Assembly: GCA_043228905.1 (NCBI GenBank)
Contig: JBHGNT010000004.1
Location: 17,360,001-17,424,000 of the forward strand
Origin: Azolla caroliniana
Lineage: Eukaryota; Plantae; Polypodiophyta
Direction: 5' to 3'
Length of the DNA: 64,000 nt
The position numbers were made by a program, and so were the translations under genes. Positions 47,735 to 61,078 of this stretch are shown piece after piece (position 1 is the first letter of the stretch; each line of letters opens with the position of its first letter). The notes under the pieces are model-generated. The model ran no database searches, was not told where the DNA came from, and saw nothing but the letters and a program-made list of their open reading frames with translations.

Positions 47735-47930
47735 ACATATATACATATGTATACATATGTATATGTGTATATACACATGTATATGTATATATATACACAT
47801 ATGTATATGTATATGTATACACATATGTATATGTATATGTATACACATGTATATGTATATGTATATGTATACACATGTATATGTATATGTATATGTATAC
47901 ACATGTATATGTATATGTATATGTATACAC

Positions 47931-48019
<89 letters not shown>

Positions 48020-48400
48020 CACATGTATATGTATATGTATACACATGTATATGTATATGTATACACATGTATATGTATATGTATACACATGTATATGTAT
48101 ATGTATACACATGTATATGTATATGTATACACATGTATATGTATATATATACATATATACACATATACATATGTATATGTGTATATACATATATATACAC
48201 ATATACATATGTACACACATACATATGTACACACATACATATGTACACACATACATATGTACACATATACATATATATACACATATACATATATACACAT
48301 ATACATATGTATATATATACATATATATACACATATACATATATACACACATATACATATATACACACATATACATATATACACATATATACATATGTAA
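47735..48400. repeat. Compound (TATATG)n/(ACAT/ATAC)n microsatellite
   Basis: Alternating purine-pyrimidine simple repeats; the overlapping Y/I/H/C/M ORFs are artefacts. Confidence 0.97.
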
Positions 48401-48787
48401 GTACAGAAATGCAAGTCAACTCACAAACAATGAGGAAATTCAACAAAATATGTCAAGAACCAGAATATGTAATTTTGTTCTTTTTCTTTTTCTTTTTTGA
48501 ATGGCTTACTACTTATCATTGCCACTGTTTCGTATATATACACATATACATATATACACATATACATATGTATATATATACATATATATACACATATACA
48601 TATATACACATATACATATATACACATATACATATATACACATATATACATATGTAAGTACAGAAATGCAAGTCAACTCACAAACAATGAGGAAATTCAA
48701 CAAAATATGTCAAGAACCAGAATATGTAATTTTGTTCTTTTTCTTTTTCTTTTTTGAATGGCTTACTACTTATCATTGCCACTGTTT
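48274..48787. repeat. 257-bp tandem duplication downstream of the CBS gene
   Basis: CATATGTAAGTACAGAAATG..GCCACTGTTTC occurs at ~48392-48530 and ~48649-48787, each preceded by the same microsatellite block. Confidence 0.9.
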
Positions 48788-48839
48788 CATCCTTTCATTA
48801 CATTGTATGAATGCATATGAGACATGAGTAGCCTGTTTT

Positions 48840-51800
48840 CTAGTTAACTGAAGAGGCATGGCTAGCAAGAATACTCTTGAATATACCATTGAAATACTTA
48901 TCAGCAAAGTCAGGAGGTTCTACAATAAAGCATGAGATGACATCACATAATGTGATAACACCCACAACCTGGTATGCAGTGTCAACAACATGAATTCGGT
49001 GTATGCGGTTAATGCACATAATGTTGATGACATCACCCAAAGTAGCATCCTGTGTACATGTAATTGCCGGCATCATATGCTTTACCAAACTCCTTGAATG
49101 CAAAATCTCTATGAAGTCTGCAACTGTTAAGGCCCTGCAAATTTGAAAACTCTCTGAATTGTTTGCTTCGTATCTCTATACCTTTTACGATTCATGTATC
49201 ATTACATGCACATAACCTCAAGGTGACACATTCCATGAGAGTAAGTGGAAAAGATGTAACATATCATATGCCCATACAATGAATCCATTACATAAAGGAG
49301 CATCATTTGACAATGGGCTAAGTATGGACTTAGATGTTAGTTTATTCGAGTACAGACTGCAGGGAAAATACTGAAAGTCCAGTACAACGAAGTCATTCTA
49401 CAAACCTAAGATAACGGCACAAAATGAGTCGAGCTATCACAGCCATATGGAAACTGATTGTGAAATAGATTTGGAGTCCTCAGTGATCAGGCCTTATCCA
49501 TACACAACGCAGTGGGCGCTCACATTGACCCTATTGTGAAATGCTTACAATAAGATTTTGGACTTCCAGCAGGTAAACACCTCATTATTTGGAGTAGTAT
49601 CAAATGCCTTCCTCTTTTTTCTTCTTTACTACAGCGAAAGTAGCTATGCACCAATGGTATCTCTTCCTGGAAACACTTCACCAATTTTGTTAATATTTCA
49701 GGTCAATCCTTCCAGTATGTTGAATGACAAGAACATTATAAAATTTTGCCTCACGCCAGGGGATCTATAGTTCTCTTCCATAATATATCTGTTATAAATA
49801 TTTGCTTCTTGGAGTATACTATCAGAGATGGTTACCATAGTTGGAGTTCATTATAATATGCATCGCAAGCTACCATAGCAACTGCCTTGGAATTTCTGAC
49901 GCACTTACATCACAAAATCCATCTCAAACAACCAACTGTGCATCAAAGTTCCAAAATCTAGCGCAGAGTTCCATATGGTAGACATAATCTACAAAATCCT
50001 GGATTCTATACACTATCTCTGTGATACTCAAACCTTCTTATACTATGGTAGTTTTGTGGAGTCTCTCTAAGATAGATTACACAATCTTTAAGAATTAATT
50101 TATCATTGACTCTAACTAGTCAAGCCTTTAATATTGATTCTCACACAAAATTATTACAATGAGAAAGTAATCAAAAGAATATCTCAACACACTTTCAGCA
50201 CTTCATGCATGAGGCAAAATATTTTTCTATGTCTAGAGAAGTGGTGATGTATGTGATTTTATTTCCCTTCAATTTTTGCTCCAAACTCTAAGCATGCTCA
50301 AATGTCAGACAGTATTGATAATACATAAACATTGGATATTTTTTTGTAGAAACAAGAAAGCATAATGCACAATAGTTCACATATGGTTGAATAGAATAAA
50401 TGATTTATGCAATGTGTGACACAAAACTCCATGGGTATGAATTTAATGAAATAACAAAGTTAAATAGGTAGAGAGTACTTGTGTTTTGCAAAGAGCTCTC
50501 TCTTCAGAAGTAGGTGGCGTACATCACGTATGCTGATGTTTCCTATGATTTTTCTGCTTTCACCATCAATGACAGGAAGTCCGTCTATTTTCTTCTCTTT
50601 CATGCAGACAAACGCTTCTAAAACGAGCTTCTTACCATCAATTGTCACCACCTACGTACAGACACAACACTCCATTCTTATATGGATTCCATGCTACATT
50701 AAAAATGCTAAAACCATTCAAATGCTATTTAAATCTGCTGTGTTAGAAGTAACGAGAAAGCAGTAAAAATGTTCAATTGAATGTTTAGATTACAAGACTT
50801 GTTGCAGGAGATTTGACAGCATATATAGCATCTGAACCTCTAGTAATTCCAGTTATTTCGCAGTAGTTTCCACTTTACACAAATTTGTACTATCATGGAC
50901 ATTTTTCTTATGCATAACCTCCTACATGAATTCGAGTGAACACCTGGATTATAACCTTTGTGATATTCAGTACAATCATGATCTAATTACTAAGATTCAT
51001 GTATGCAAAGTACTAGGAAAGAGAAGTTTGATTCATAATGTTCATTCACACTCTTTGAACTGTTGGAATTACATTGCTAGAATTTTGGAATGCAAGACAA
51101 TGTGTTTTTCTTATATCTGGTTAGGAAGCAGTTCCTTCTCGCGAAACATGTGTCTTAAGTTACGTAAAAGATGGTAAGTCCATTTTACCCACCATCCCCA
51201 TTGGAATGATAGGAGATTTAGTAGTTTCATTTGAAACTTGAAATTCCTTTTTGCAAAATAAGATAACATTGATATTTTCTCAATAAACCCAAATAAAATC
51301 AACATTACAATTGAAATCCTACATATAAAAAGTTTTATCTCATAAACATATCTTATCTCTCTGGCAGTTCGCTTGGTGGTTTACATTGTAGCATCAAAGT
51401 CATAAAATTGAGAGAACCCAAGTTCAATCCTCGCCATGGGCTAGGCCCCAACTGAAAAATCGCAATCGGTCTCCTGTGGATGTTAAAAAGATATCTATCC
51501 ATCTATTTATCTATTTATTATACATATAAAAAGTTCTTATCACGCAAACATGTCCTTATCATACATGGGGAAAGTTCTGATCACACTTATCATATTTGCA
51601 TATAGAATCTTCCTACCAATGCACAAACCCATATACTGTTGGAGCCCATTAATAAACACAATTGTCTTTGATGCTGATTTACCTGATTAGGGTGCATCAC
51701 TGGAAAAGTAAGATGCTTAATCATCTGAGATGCTATTTTATCAAACCAATCACGTCCTTTACATTGGCTGAGTTCTCGCACCACAGCTGACTGGGTGATA

Positions 51801-53114
51801 AAGTTCTTTATTTGTGGCCTTTCCAGATCTACAACAGGAATACTACGCAATTGATATGTAGATAACAGCACCAATAACGTCAACATGGAGTCGTCTTGCG
51901 TCACAGGAAGAAAAGGTATCCACCAATATGACTTGGCAACATCTGCAACCTGAAATTCCAACCAGCAAATCAGGCTAGGAGTTTAACATCCTTGAGAGGA
52001 CTTATTTATCTTGTCTTGATTGATTGTAAGTGCTATTTTCCATCCAGAATCTTATAAAAACCCTCCCCAAAACACAATTTTCTATACAACAAGTGTGTCA
52101 AGGTTTTTCTTTCACATTCCAAGGAATCTCTTACTTGATTTGTAGGGTCCTTTCTCTACAGATAACCCTCTAAAACAATTCTCCGAAACCAAGATTTTTG
52201 TTAACTAGGAAATTCTGTGCTTTCAAGAGTTATCGAAACAAGCTTTGCATTGATGAATTTGAGGGGCTCTTATCTAAGGATGACCCTTACAAAAATCCTC
52301 TCCAAACTAACACATGGGTGCTTTCAAGTGAATGATCAAATTTACCTTGATGGATTTGAAGGGTTCTTCCCTGAGGATGACCTTATAGAAGTCCTCCCCA
52401 AGAGCATCAACAGCTGATGGAGGATCTTTGCTGATACCTTTAGACACAGCAATGCCACCAGTGACGGCGGCACCTACGGCAGCAACTGTTAGGCCGACAA
52501 CTGCTGCTGGGCCAGTTGCACCAACCGCAAGAGCACCCAGAGCTCCCAGAGCTCCGGCACCCACTCCTGCTGCAGTGGCAGAGCCAACTGCTAATGCTAA
52601 GGCTGAGACCTCCGCTTGCTCAAGAACCCATAGTATTACGGCTCCATAATCCAAAATGCCTATGTATCGTTCAGACCAGTTTCCTTCTGTGCCTGCATTT
52701 GGGTTTCGTACTGGTGCTGAAAAAATGTCATAGTTTGCCAGGAATTCCACCGCCTCTCCAATGGATAGGTCAGCCGAAATCTCTATCACTGTGAAACCGA
52801 AAAGAGAATGTTGATATTGCCATTAAAGAAGACCATCAGTGCAAAAGCAAGAATTGACTGATTAATCACAGTTTGCATGGACTATGCAGTTAGTTAGCGA
52901 GCATCTTGCTTAATCAGAGATTAATTGAGTCAACAAGGCCAAAAACGGGCTCACTACCAAATACACATGTACACATATACTATGCATAGGTATGTGCGTT
53001 TGATGTGGCCATTATTTTACCTTCATTCTGTGGAACCTCCTCGCAAGTTGAAACAGGTATGCTGGAGAGGTAAGAGCTCACAACCTCCCGGGCACGGTGA
53101 ATCGACGCTGACAT
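48840..53114 (-). CDS. SNF1-related protein kinase regulatory subunit gamma-1-like (CBS-domain protein), 5 exons
   Basis: Exons 53114-53021, 52788-52346, 51949-51683, 50651-50479, 49134-48840, all GT-AG and in frame. CBS repeats (SAPV, LRSIPVVD, IDGLPVID, IHRIHVVD) and the Ala/Gly-rich ATAAGVGAGALGALG insert typical of this plant subfamily. Confidence 0.9.
51361..51490 (+). mobile_element. Possible short tRNA-derived SINE in intron 3 of the CBS gene
   Basis: A-box-like TCGCTTGGTGG, B-box-like AGTTCAATCC, A-rich end, flanked by ATATCT(T)ATC direct repeats. Confidence 0.4.
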
Positions 53115-53959
53115 GTTATGATATTGCTCTGTTTCCAAGGATCTGGTTGTGTAAAGAAGTAGTGTTGTGTTTTTTCACACACAGTAAGAAAATGTGGGCA
53201 GTTGGGATCATCCTTCAAAACAAAAAGGATGGGAAAAAGAAAGAAAGAAAGAAAAAAAAGATTACCGACACCAGAGAAGTGGCACACAATCTTCTTCTGA
53301 ATGTGGAACTGGAAGGAAGGATGAAACTCTGTTTTGTCTGCTCTGCATTAAACCAAACAGAGAGTCACAAATGGAAGATAGGTCCCAAGCCCATCCCATT
53401 CCTTTGGGTTTTACCTTTCCATCACTTTCCTTCTCCTTGGGCCTCTTATGTCCACTTCACATCGGACATGTCCAGGCTCTCTCAAATTTTTTTTTGCCCG
53501 TTTGCATTCCTAAAATTTCACTTCATCCTTTCATGCCTCGCCTCGACCCATCTCATCATGACCCAAAACTTACGCTATGCACATGGCAAGCACAAACCAT
53601 CTCGATGAGTCCCATAGAAATAAGCCCAACTGTAGATAATCCTCCCTCATATCGTAGAGACGCTAATCTACATTTGGAGTTGAGATGCATATATGCACGT
53701 GAACTGGATCTTCGCTAGGCTCCTAATTCATGCTACCATCGCACGAATGTCGAACCGTAATACTATCACATGCTTTTTATACTAATTTGCACCATCCAAT
53801 AGTGGGCAGAAATTTGTGTTGGATTTCACATTGCTCAACCAACTAGAGCCTAGTCTTAGGATTAAATTGATGAGTTAATTTCAGCATGCATCCATAGATT
53901 AATATTTCAATACATACTTGAATGGTGGATTTATGTATAGATTACCTTGTGATAAATAT

Positions 53960-54202
53960 ATTTAGAAAAGTACCTTACCATTAATATTACATTGAAACAT
54001 GAGAAGAACTAACATTGATATTTCCCATAAAATTAATGCCAATTATATTAATATTTCTAAATGTATAGGGTAAATGATTGATATAGATAAAGTTTTCGCC
54101 ATGCAAATGCACATTTAGAAAAGTACATTACCATTAATATTACATTGAAACATGAGAAGAACTAACATTGATATTTCCCATAAAATTAATGCCAATTATA
54201 TT
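53960..54202. repeat. ~90-bp direct repeat, 153-bp period, intergenic
   Basis: ATTTAGAAAAGTAC..GCCAATTATATT at 53960-54049 and 54113-54202. Confidence 0.85.
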
Positions 54203-55730
54203 GATCGCACTCATAAACCGTGCATTATCCATCAAGCAAATTTGTGTAAAGTACAACATCGTCTTGGTTTTGATAGAAATAACTTGAACAAAAAACGGCC
54301 GAATTGAACATGAGTAAATGACGATTTTTAGATATCAACGACATACCATATTTTGGACATAATCCTCCATATCAGCCATCTATAATACATGGTCCTCTCA
54401 CTTCCATCTCCTCTCCTCCAATGTCAAAAGATTCTATAGTGTTTGTGACAAAGATATAACTTATGTAAAGAATCTATCAAACATTACATCTCCATGCAAC
54501 ACGTATCATCAATCTAAACTAGTAGTGCTATAAGGTTTTATTAGCATCAAAACCTTTACCTATCTATTTTGTTGTGAAGAACATTAAACTTCAACATGGC
54601 CCCCAATTCATTTGCATGCCTTCTTAGGTGTGTCTCACTCCATTCATATCATACAACATATTATGTTTATGATGATAGTGGTTATAATAACATGTAGCCT
54701 CTGGTCAAAATCAAAACACATACCTAATGATCTCAATAAAGCAAATACCAATCATAACCTTTGCTCAAAATCAAAGCCCATACACATGGTTCCCATCAAA
54801 GCTAGTGTCACATACATCAACTAGTTCTTTCTCTTATTATATGACTTACTTTTGTATTATACGTATTTCCTCTTATGCGCAATGTTATAATGTTTATAGA
54901 CAACTACTATTTATAATTGAGTATAAGATGTTGGTTAACCACATTTAATATGCTGCATTCATATCCATATCGTTGTACGACATGAGAAATTGCAATCAGT
55001 CCCTCCATCACAAAGTTTTGTTCTGAATTCACAAATTTGAAGCAATCTTGGGATCACTTTACATGCTAGATCTCATGCCCTAAGAGAATATTTCATTTAC
55101 ATTAATGTTCCATAGTACAACACATCTGCATCCATGACAGAACATATCCTTACATCAAGAGGTAAAATCTTTAGTTTGGTATTTTTTCCAAATCATGCTT
55201 GGTACAGAGTTTAAAATTTGCAGTGAACTCCAACCCTATTTTTTTCACTGCAGTACCATTTCTGTTTATTGTCTCTCACTTCTCTTGAACTTGTGTTTAA
55301 GCTCGATTGGCTGTATGGTTAATACTTGCATAACGCTTTTGGTAATCATACCCATGGCTGTATCACGTGTGGTTTAATAATCAGTAGATGATTGTAGAGA
55401 CTAGTTGTACCAACATGTTATCAACAAACTCTAACTTGGGCAGCTAAAAAAGTCTTGAAAAATTACCTTGAAACTGCTTGGCCAATGTAGAACATGAGAA
55501 ACTGTTAGCATAGTGTAGAGGCTCGCTCATGTACATAACATATCCTATTCCACTTCTCAATAGTCAATCTATCCAGAGATCAATGCACTAAAAACTTCTG
55601 CTATTGATTTAAATCTCATAACCTCATCATAGATAGTTGTCAATCAGTCTTATGCAACTAACCCGAGACGCCTGAAAGAAATGCATCTAGATACAGATCA
55701 CAGATTTTGGCACTGAGATGAACATGTTAG

Positions 55731-58700
55731 TCAAAGCTGACGAAGATCTATGTTTTCTGTCACTTGCTGTGACATCTGGACCTTGCGTGCAAATGCTTGG
55801 AAAGTCTCCAATGCTCGATGGAATTGATTTCCCTGCAAAGATACAGACCAACGAAACTTTACATTTTAGAGAATGAACGTAATCTTCACATATCAGTTTT
55901 CTGGTCCATATACAACTGTAATGCCATATCCTAGGATCTTTTCAATTAACTTTTAAGTCGAGTGTGCAACCATATTGAATGGTCTTTTATATTCATGCCA
56001 GATGCGAAGTCTAAGCCCTACCTGCCAATACACATGCATGCATACACCTGAGCATTTGTTTTACTTTTGATGTCAAATTCATCTACGATATGAAGTCTAA
56101 GTCTTTACCTGCCAATACATGTGCATACATACTGAACATTGCCAAAATAGTAAGCGTTCAGCAATTGCATATTCCGGTATAGACTGACCATCTGCTACTG
56201 AAGCCATTGCGTCCTCAGGAGTGAGTGGTTCGGGTATGAAGTTTCCATTACATTTTGTGCATCTCGACAGTAAGTTGTCTTCCAAAATTATCAGATTGAA
56301 TGTTTTGACTACCTGCTCCAGAGAAACTAGGTTTTAGAATTGTCTAGGCTTTCAACAGGGCTGTTGTCACTGCACTTACAAGAAACCCTATCAAACCTCA
56401 GCTAGTTGCTCTTGTTTACCGAGGCTTCTCACTCTGTATGCTAAATTGCGTGGAATAAGACGGCGACGCAAAAGCTTGACATCCTGAGTCAAAAGAACCC
56501 GCCCTTCCTTCTCAGCTAATTCCACCAGTTTTCTGCCAAAAACTTGCGATTAATTATTGTATTGTAATAAAATAAACAATCAATAGAAGAGAATATATCA
56601 GACTACGCACCTTGGATCCGATTTTTGCCGAAGGGAAACTGTGTCAATACCCACATTTCGCAGCTGTTTCGCCAATCCCTCCACCTAATAGAAAGATTGG
56701 AACTCTTTCATTCAGATTTGATCAGAAGTGAATCAAGAAAATAGATTACCCTGAGTGTTACATAGGACTTCAGGAGAATACATCATGTTTTTATCTTCCA
56801 TGACATCATCTCAACAATAATATGTACACAGTTGTGCATGAAATATTAATCACTGAGTAGACTAAAAACATTACAAACAGAAATTTATCATTGAGCATTT
56901 GAGAGTTCTCAATTTTTAAAGGATGTTGAATTCCAGTGTCTTTTGATACAAGTTACAGAGGAAGTTTAGATGGAGAACATTGTTTGTTACCAGTATCCAT
57001 ATTTTTAACATGAAAGTGGTTGCTTACATCATGGATACCGCTCATGCCATGAGGCAACATTTAACCTGAGGAAAGTTTTCCCTGGAGAATTTATGAGACT
57101 ATAGAAGTAAAACAAAGCTTTCTAACACCAAAATTCTGACTCTACATTTCACGAGTCAGGAAAGTCACCGACATTGATTCAGCATTGTGAGAACACAGTA
57201 GTTCTGCTTGTTTAAATCATTCCTCTCATCACAAACTTGACGTATCAACCTTCTCCTTGATAATTCAGTATTTCTTGTAGAGTGAACTACATTTATAAGT
57301 TGATCAATACTTTTTCCAAATCAGACAACCACGAGAACTCTGTCACTGGACAGTGGGGCTCTTTTTATAAATCGAGAGACCTCTATTCACATTTTGTTAT
57401 TTCTAGGGCAGGTTTTTATCACCTTTGGCCTGGCTGTGTTTTCACCCAATATTCAACTTTTTTGATGTTCCAAAGAAGAAGATGTAGATGGACAGAATCT
57501 TCTCACAAAACTTAAGGCAATTAAGGAGAATGGCATCAGATGCTTGACGGTCACCAAATTGTTTTCAAATAAGCAAATTTGTTTTAAACATAATCCTATC
57601 ATACCCGGAGAGCCTTTCCAAATATGATCATACGATAGTGAACCCACTGTTGTTGCACTTGCAATATTGGTTCCTAAAAAGATCCACAACTGATTGACAA
57701 AATATAGTCTTCATTGCTTTTAGATGCACTTATGGAAGCTTTGGCCATCACACCGGATACTTTTGTTTGTGGATGACCACCTCTGCCAGCTGTGCATTGA
57801 GGCTGGTGGAAGTCCTTAATCATTATTTATGAACTTGCCTATACAGTCACTCAGTTTGGGGGAAGCTGTTGATTTTCAAGCCATCATGGATCTCATTTTC
57901 CATTTGGAAGCACTGAATTGAACCCATTTTTGTTCCAGCACTTACAACATACTGTCCAGCATTAGATATCAAACCTTCTCTCAAGCATCTCTTAATAGAG
58001 AGCTGAGCGACATGATAGATATAAACGTGGTATGGGCCCAGGTGAAGAAATGTTATTTGTTAATAAAATGAACTTTCTAAATATTGTTTTCCCAAAGCTT
58101 ACGTAGGTGTTGTTTCCTCCTCCATCCTACATAGTGCAGCCTACTTTATTTTATTTGAATGTTTTACTTGCTCAGTGAGCACCTTGGAAAATCTACATGT
58201 GGGTTTTAGCTGCTGAAATAGGATTTTAAAAAACTATTATATAGCAGCACAAACTTGGCCTTCTTAAACAATGTGCAGTTATAAAGTATTAACTTCTTTA
58301 CCATGTTGTCACATAAGAACTTTGGAAAACCATCGCCACCAAGTGAGGGGTCCCAAGGTGGCAGCTCAAACCAGTAGCAAGCATCCATTTGATCCACCTT
58401 TTTCCCTTGATGAATTTTCGGCTTCCTTTGGACAAGTTTGCTGCTTCGTGCTGTATCCACTAGCAACCTTTCCCCAAACTTCTTTGCCATTCTCAAGTGA
58501 GTAGCAGAGGCACTAGTTATTGAAAAACCAGACATCCATAGCATTCCCTCAGAAATTGCAGACCTAACCATTACTGATGCAATACCACGGTGAGCATGGA
58601 GAACACTGCCCTTAGCATCACTACTTGGTAAATTCACTCCGTCAACGAGAAGCAACTCTGCAATGCCACCTTTTGAGCTACTTGTTGTGTGATAACAGCT

Positions 58701-60719
58701 GGCGTCATAACCTAACATTACAACAATTGAACAATGTGATGACATGATTGGAGATTACTAGCCAAAAACAATGGTGGACACAGATAAATTTGCACACTTT
58801 CTGATGCATCTGATTCAAGGATGTCATAGGCAACAAGAAGACAATGGGCATCAGCTGCAGCATAAACTTGCTGCTCTACTGTTAATGGCCTCTGCTCCCA
58901 ATTACTGCATTGTAGATCCTGCATGCCAGCATCATAATTAATATACATTTGTAAGCGCAAAATAGCCTGGGCTTATGAACTAAATTGGACATATTAAAAA
59001 ACATGGCTAGAAAAATATCATTGCGTATCTACACTATAAAAAAAGTTCATCTCAATATATTCATATACATACCTACATACACATATAGCTCATGATAGTG
59101 TCATGATTTTAGCAACCATATGAATGATTGCCAAGCTTATAAAATTTTATATTCATATACATATGCACGAACACATATGTATGGCAATGCTTGTGATAGC
59201 TCATTTGCAATGTAGTGGAATATTAATAGATCAAAATGATCATTGTTTTTACCTTTCACTTTACCTTGCACAAATTATACCCCACCACCTTCTCGCATAT
59301 GGTTGCCAAGCTTAAGCTCTCCATAGGTAAGCCATTCCACCCATGAATCTCACGATACAATTTACCAATGTCAACATATGGGTCAACCTGAACGACAGAT
59401 TCAAAAATCAACCATAACACAAGGATTAAATATTTATATGCTGTATGCATAATGAAACCACAAGGATTAACTCCATATGTTGTATGTGGTGAATTTGGAA
59501 AGATAAACTACATATGTTGCACATATAATGAATCTACAAGGATTATCTTCAAATGGTGTATAAGTGAAGAATCAACTATGGATGGTTGTATATTTATAAG
59601 CGTAAAAGGATTAAGTCTACATGTTGTATGTACAATGAGTTTAAAAAGGATTAACTCTGTATGTTGTGTATTTAATGAATCTACAAGGATTAATTCCACA
59701 TGTTGTATCTATCATGCGTGCTAAACTCCCTCTGTTGTATGTACGATGAATCCAAAAGGAATATCTCCCAATGCTGTATATTATATGAATCGACAATGAT
59801 TAACTTCACAAGTTATGTAAAATAATTAGTCAAAACATACCTTGTCGAAGCAAGAATGAGCATCTGGTGTGGGAAATGTTTTTGCGAGGTTGATCAAATC
59901 CTGTTTAAACTTGAATCCTAGTTTCAATACAGTGGGGGAAACAAGCATTCTTTTCATAGACTCCCAGAAGGAGGATGCAGGGAGAGACATCATATCTAAA
60001 AGGAAAATCATCTCCTCTTTATCTTTCAATCTACACAAGCTCCGGTCCATGAAAAGTTGACCTTTCCTTAAAACATTGTACTTTTTATCGTTCTTCACAA
60101 TATATGGTGGTACAGATTTCGAATCTTTATTTTCTGAACAGGTGGATGGTAGAAGAGGAAGTTCGATATCTGCAGAATTAATTATAGACTTTGAAGCTTC
60201 ATTTTCTGCACTTGTCAATGATAGATGGCCAGCCTGATCTGTAAACACGCTATGCTCCAGAAAACCTTGGCCTTTAAACAGAGCACGACTGTGTTTTCCA
60301 TCCCTTTCCATGGATTCCGAAGGTTCTTCATCTGAATGTTCCGATAACGGAAGAGGAAGATCGAGGTTTACAGACTTAGGTAATGTAGATTTCAAAGCTT
60401 CAGAATTCGAATTTGTAGGTGAAGGATTTATCGCTGCAGAGTCAGGTATCAGATCGGATCGGATTCTGAGAGCGATCTGCATTATTGAGACGCGAGAGCA
60501 TGAGGATACGGTACCCTTCCTTTGGGAGGAGAGATTAGGTTTCCATTCCGCATCCATGGCAACGATGGAAGCTCGATCCAACGCGGAGAGGAAGAGGGAG
60601 AAGGATGGGGAGGATGGGGAGTCGACGAAGCAGATGGAATCGTTGGAGAGGGGCCATACAGAAGAAGATGATGATGATGATGATCCAGCTCCACCACCAT
60701 CGCTACCGTAGGCCGCCAT
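55731..60719 (-). CDS. Mut-7-like 3'-5' exonuclease (DEDDy domain + Mut7-C PIN/zinc ribbon), 8 exons
   Basis: Exons 60719-59841, 59387-59265, 58918-58798, 58711-58302, 56684-56611, 56532-56397, 56312-56109, 55832-55731 with GT-AG joins. ExoI MDAEWKP, ExoII FKQDL, ExoIII YAAADA; Mut7-C FLCDNMVEGLAKQLRNVGID, LLTQD, RCTKCN, CSVCMHMYWQG. Confidence 0.9.
59415..59815. repeat. Degenerate ~37-bp tandem repeat in intron 1 of the Mut-7-like gene
   Basis: Recurrent AATGAATCTACAAGGATTAACTC..ATGTTGTAT units. Confidence 0.75.
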
Positions 60720-61078
60720 TCTCTCCTTCTTTCTTCTGTTTTCTCTGTTTACATATTTTGGTACTTAGCAGCAAAACTACTTCGTTTTTTGTGTGTACAT
60801 ACATACATACATACATATATCATCATATGTACATATGTATGTATATGTTTCGACCCTCTAATATTGGCGGAGGAGCTATATCTATATGTAGCTATTACAT
60901 ATCATTGATGATCACATGGCCAAATTGCCCATACTCTCTCTCTAGATTAGATTTGAACCCTTCACTCCTTTGAGGGACGCCCATAACCTTCACCACTAGG
61001 ATATATTGCATTATCAAAATTTTCAGATTATGTATTATCTAATTATAATGAATTTTCTGAAAATACATTGCTTCATAT

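Noticed and set aside
47660-48827. Several 200-300-aa Y/I/H/C/M-rich ORFs
   Set aside because: They are translations of a stop-free microsatellite in all six frames.
52925-53718. 227-aa and 174-aa + strand ORFs
   Set aside because: They overlap exon 1 and the upstream region of the CBS gene in antisense, are low-complexity and show no recognisable domain.
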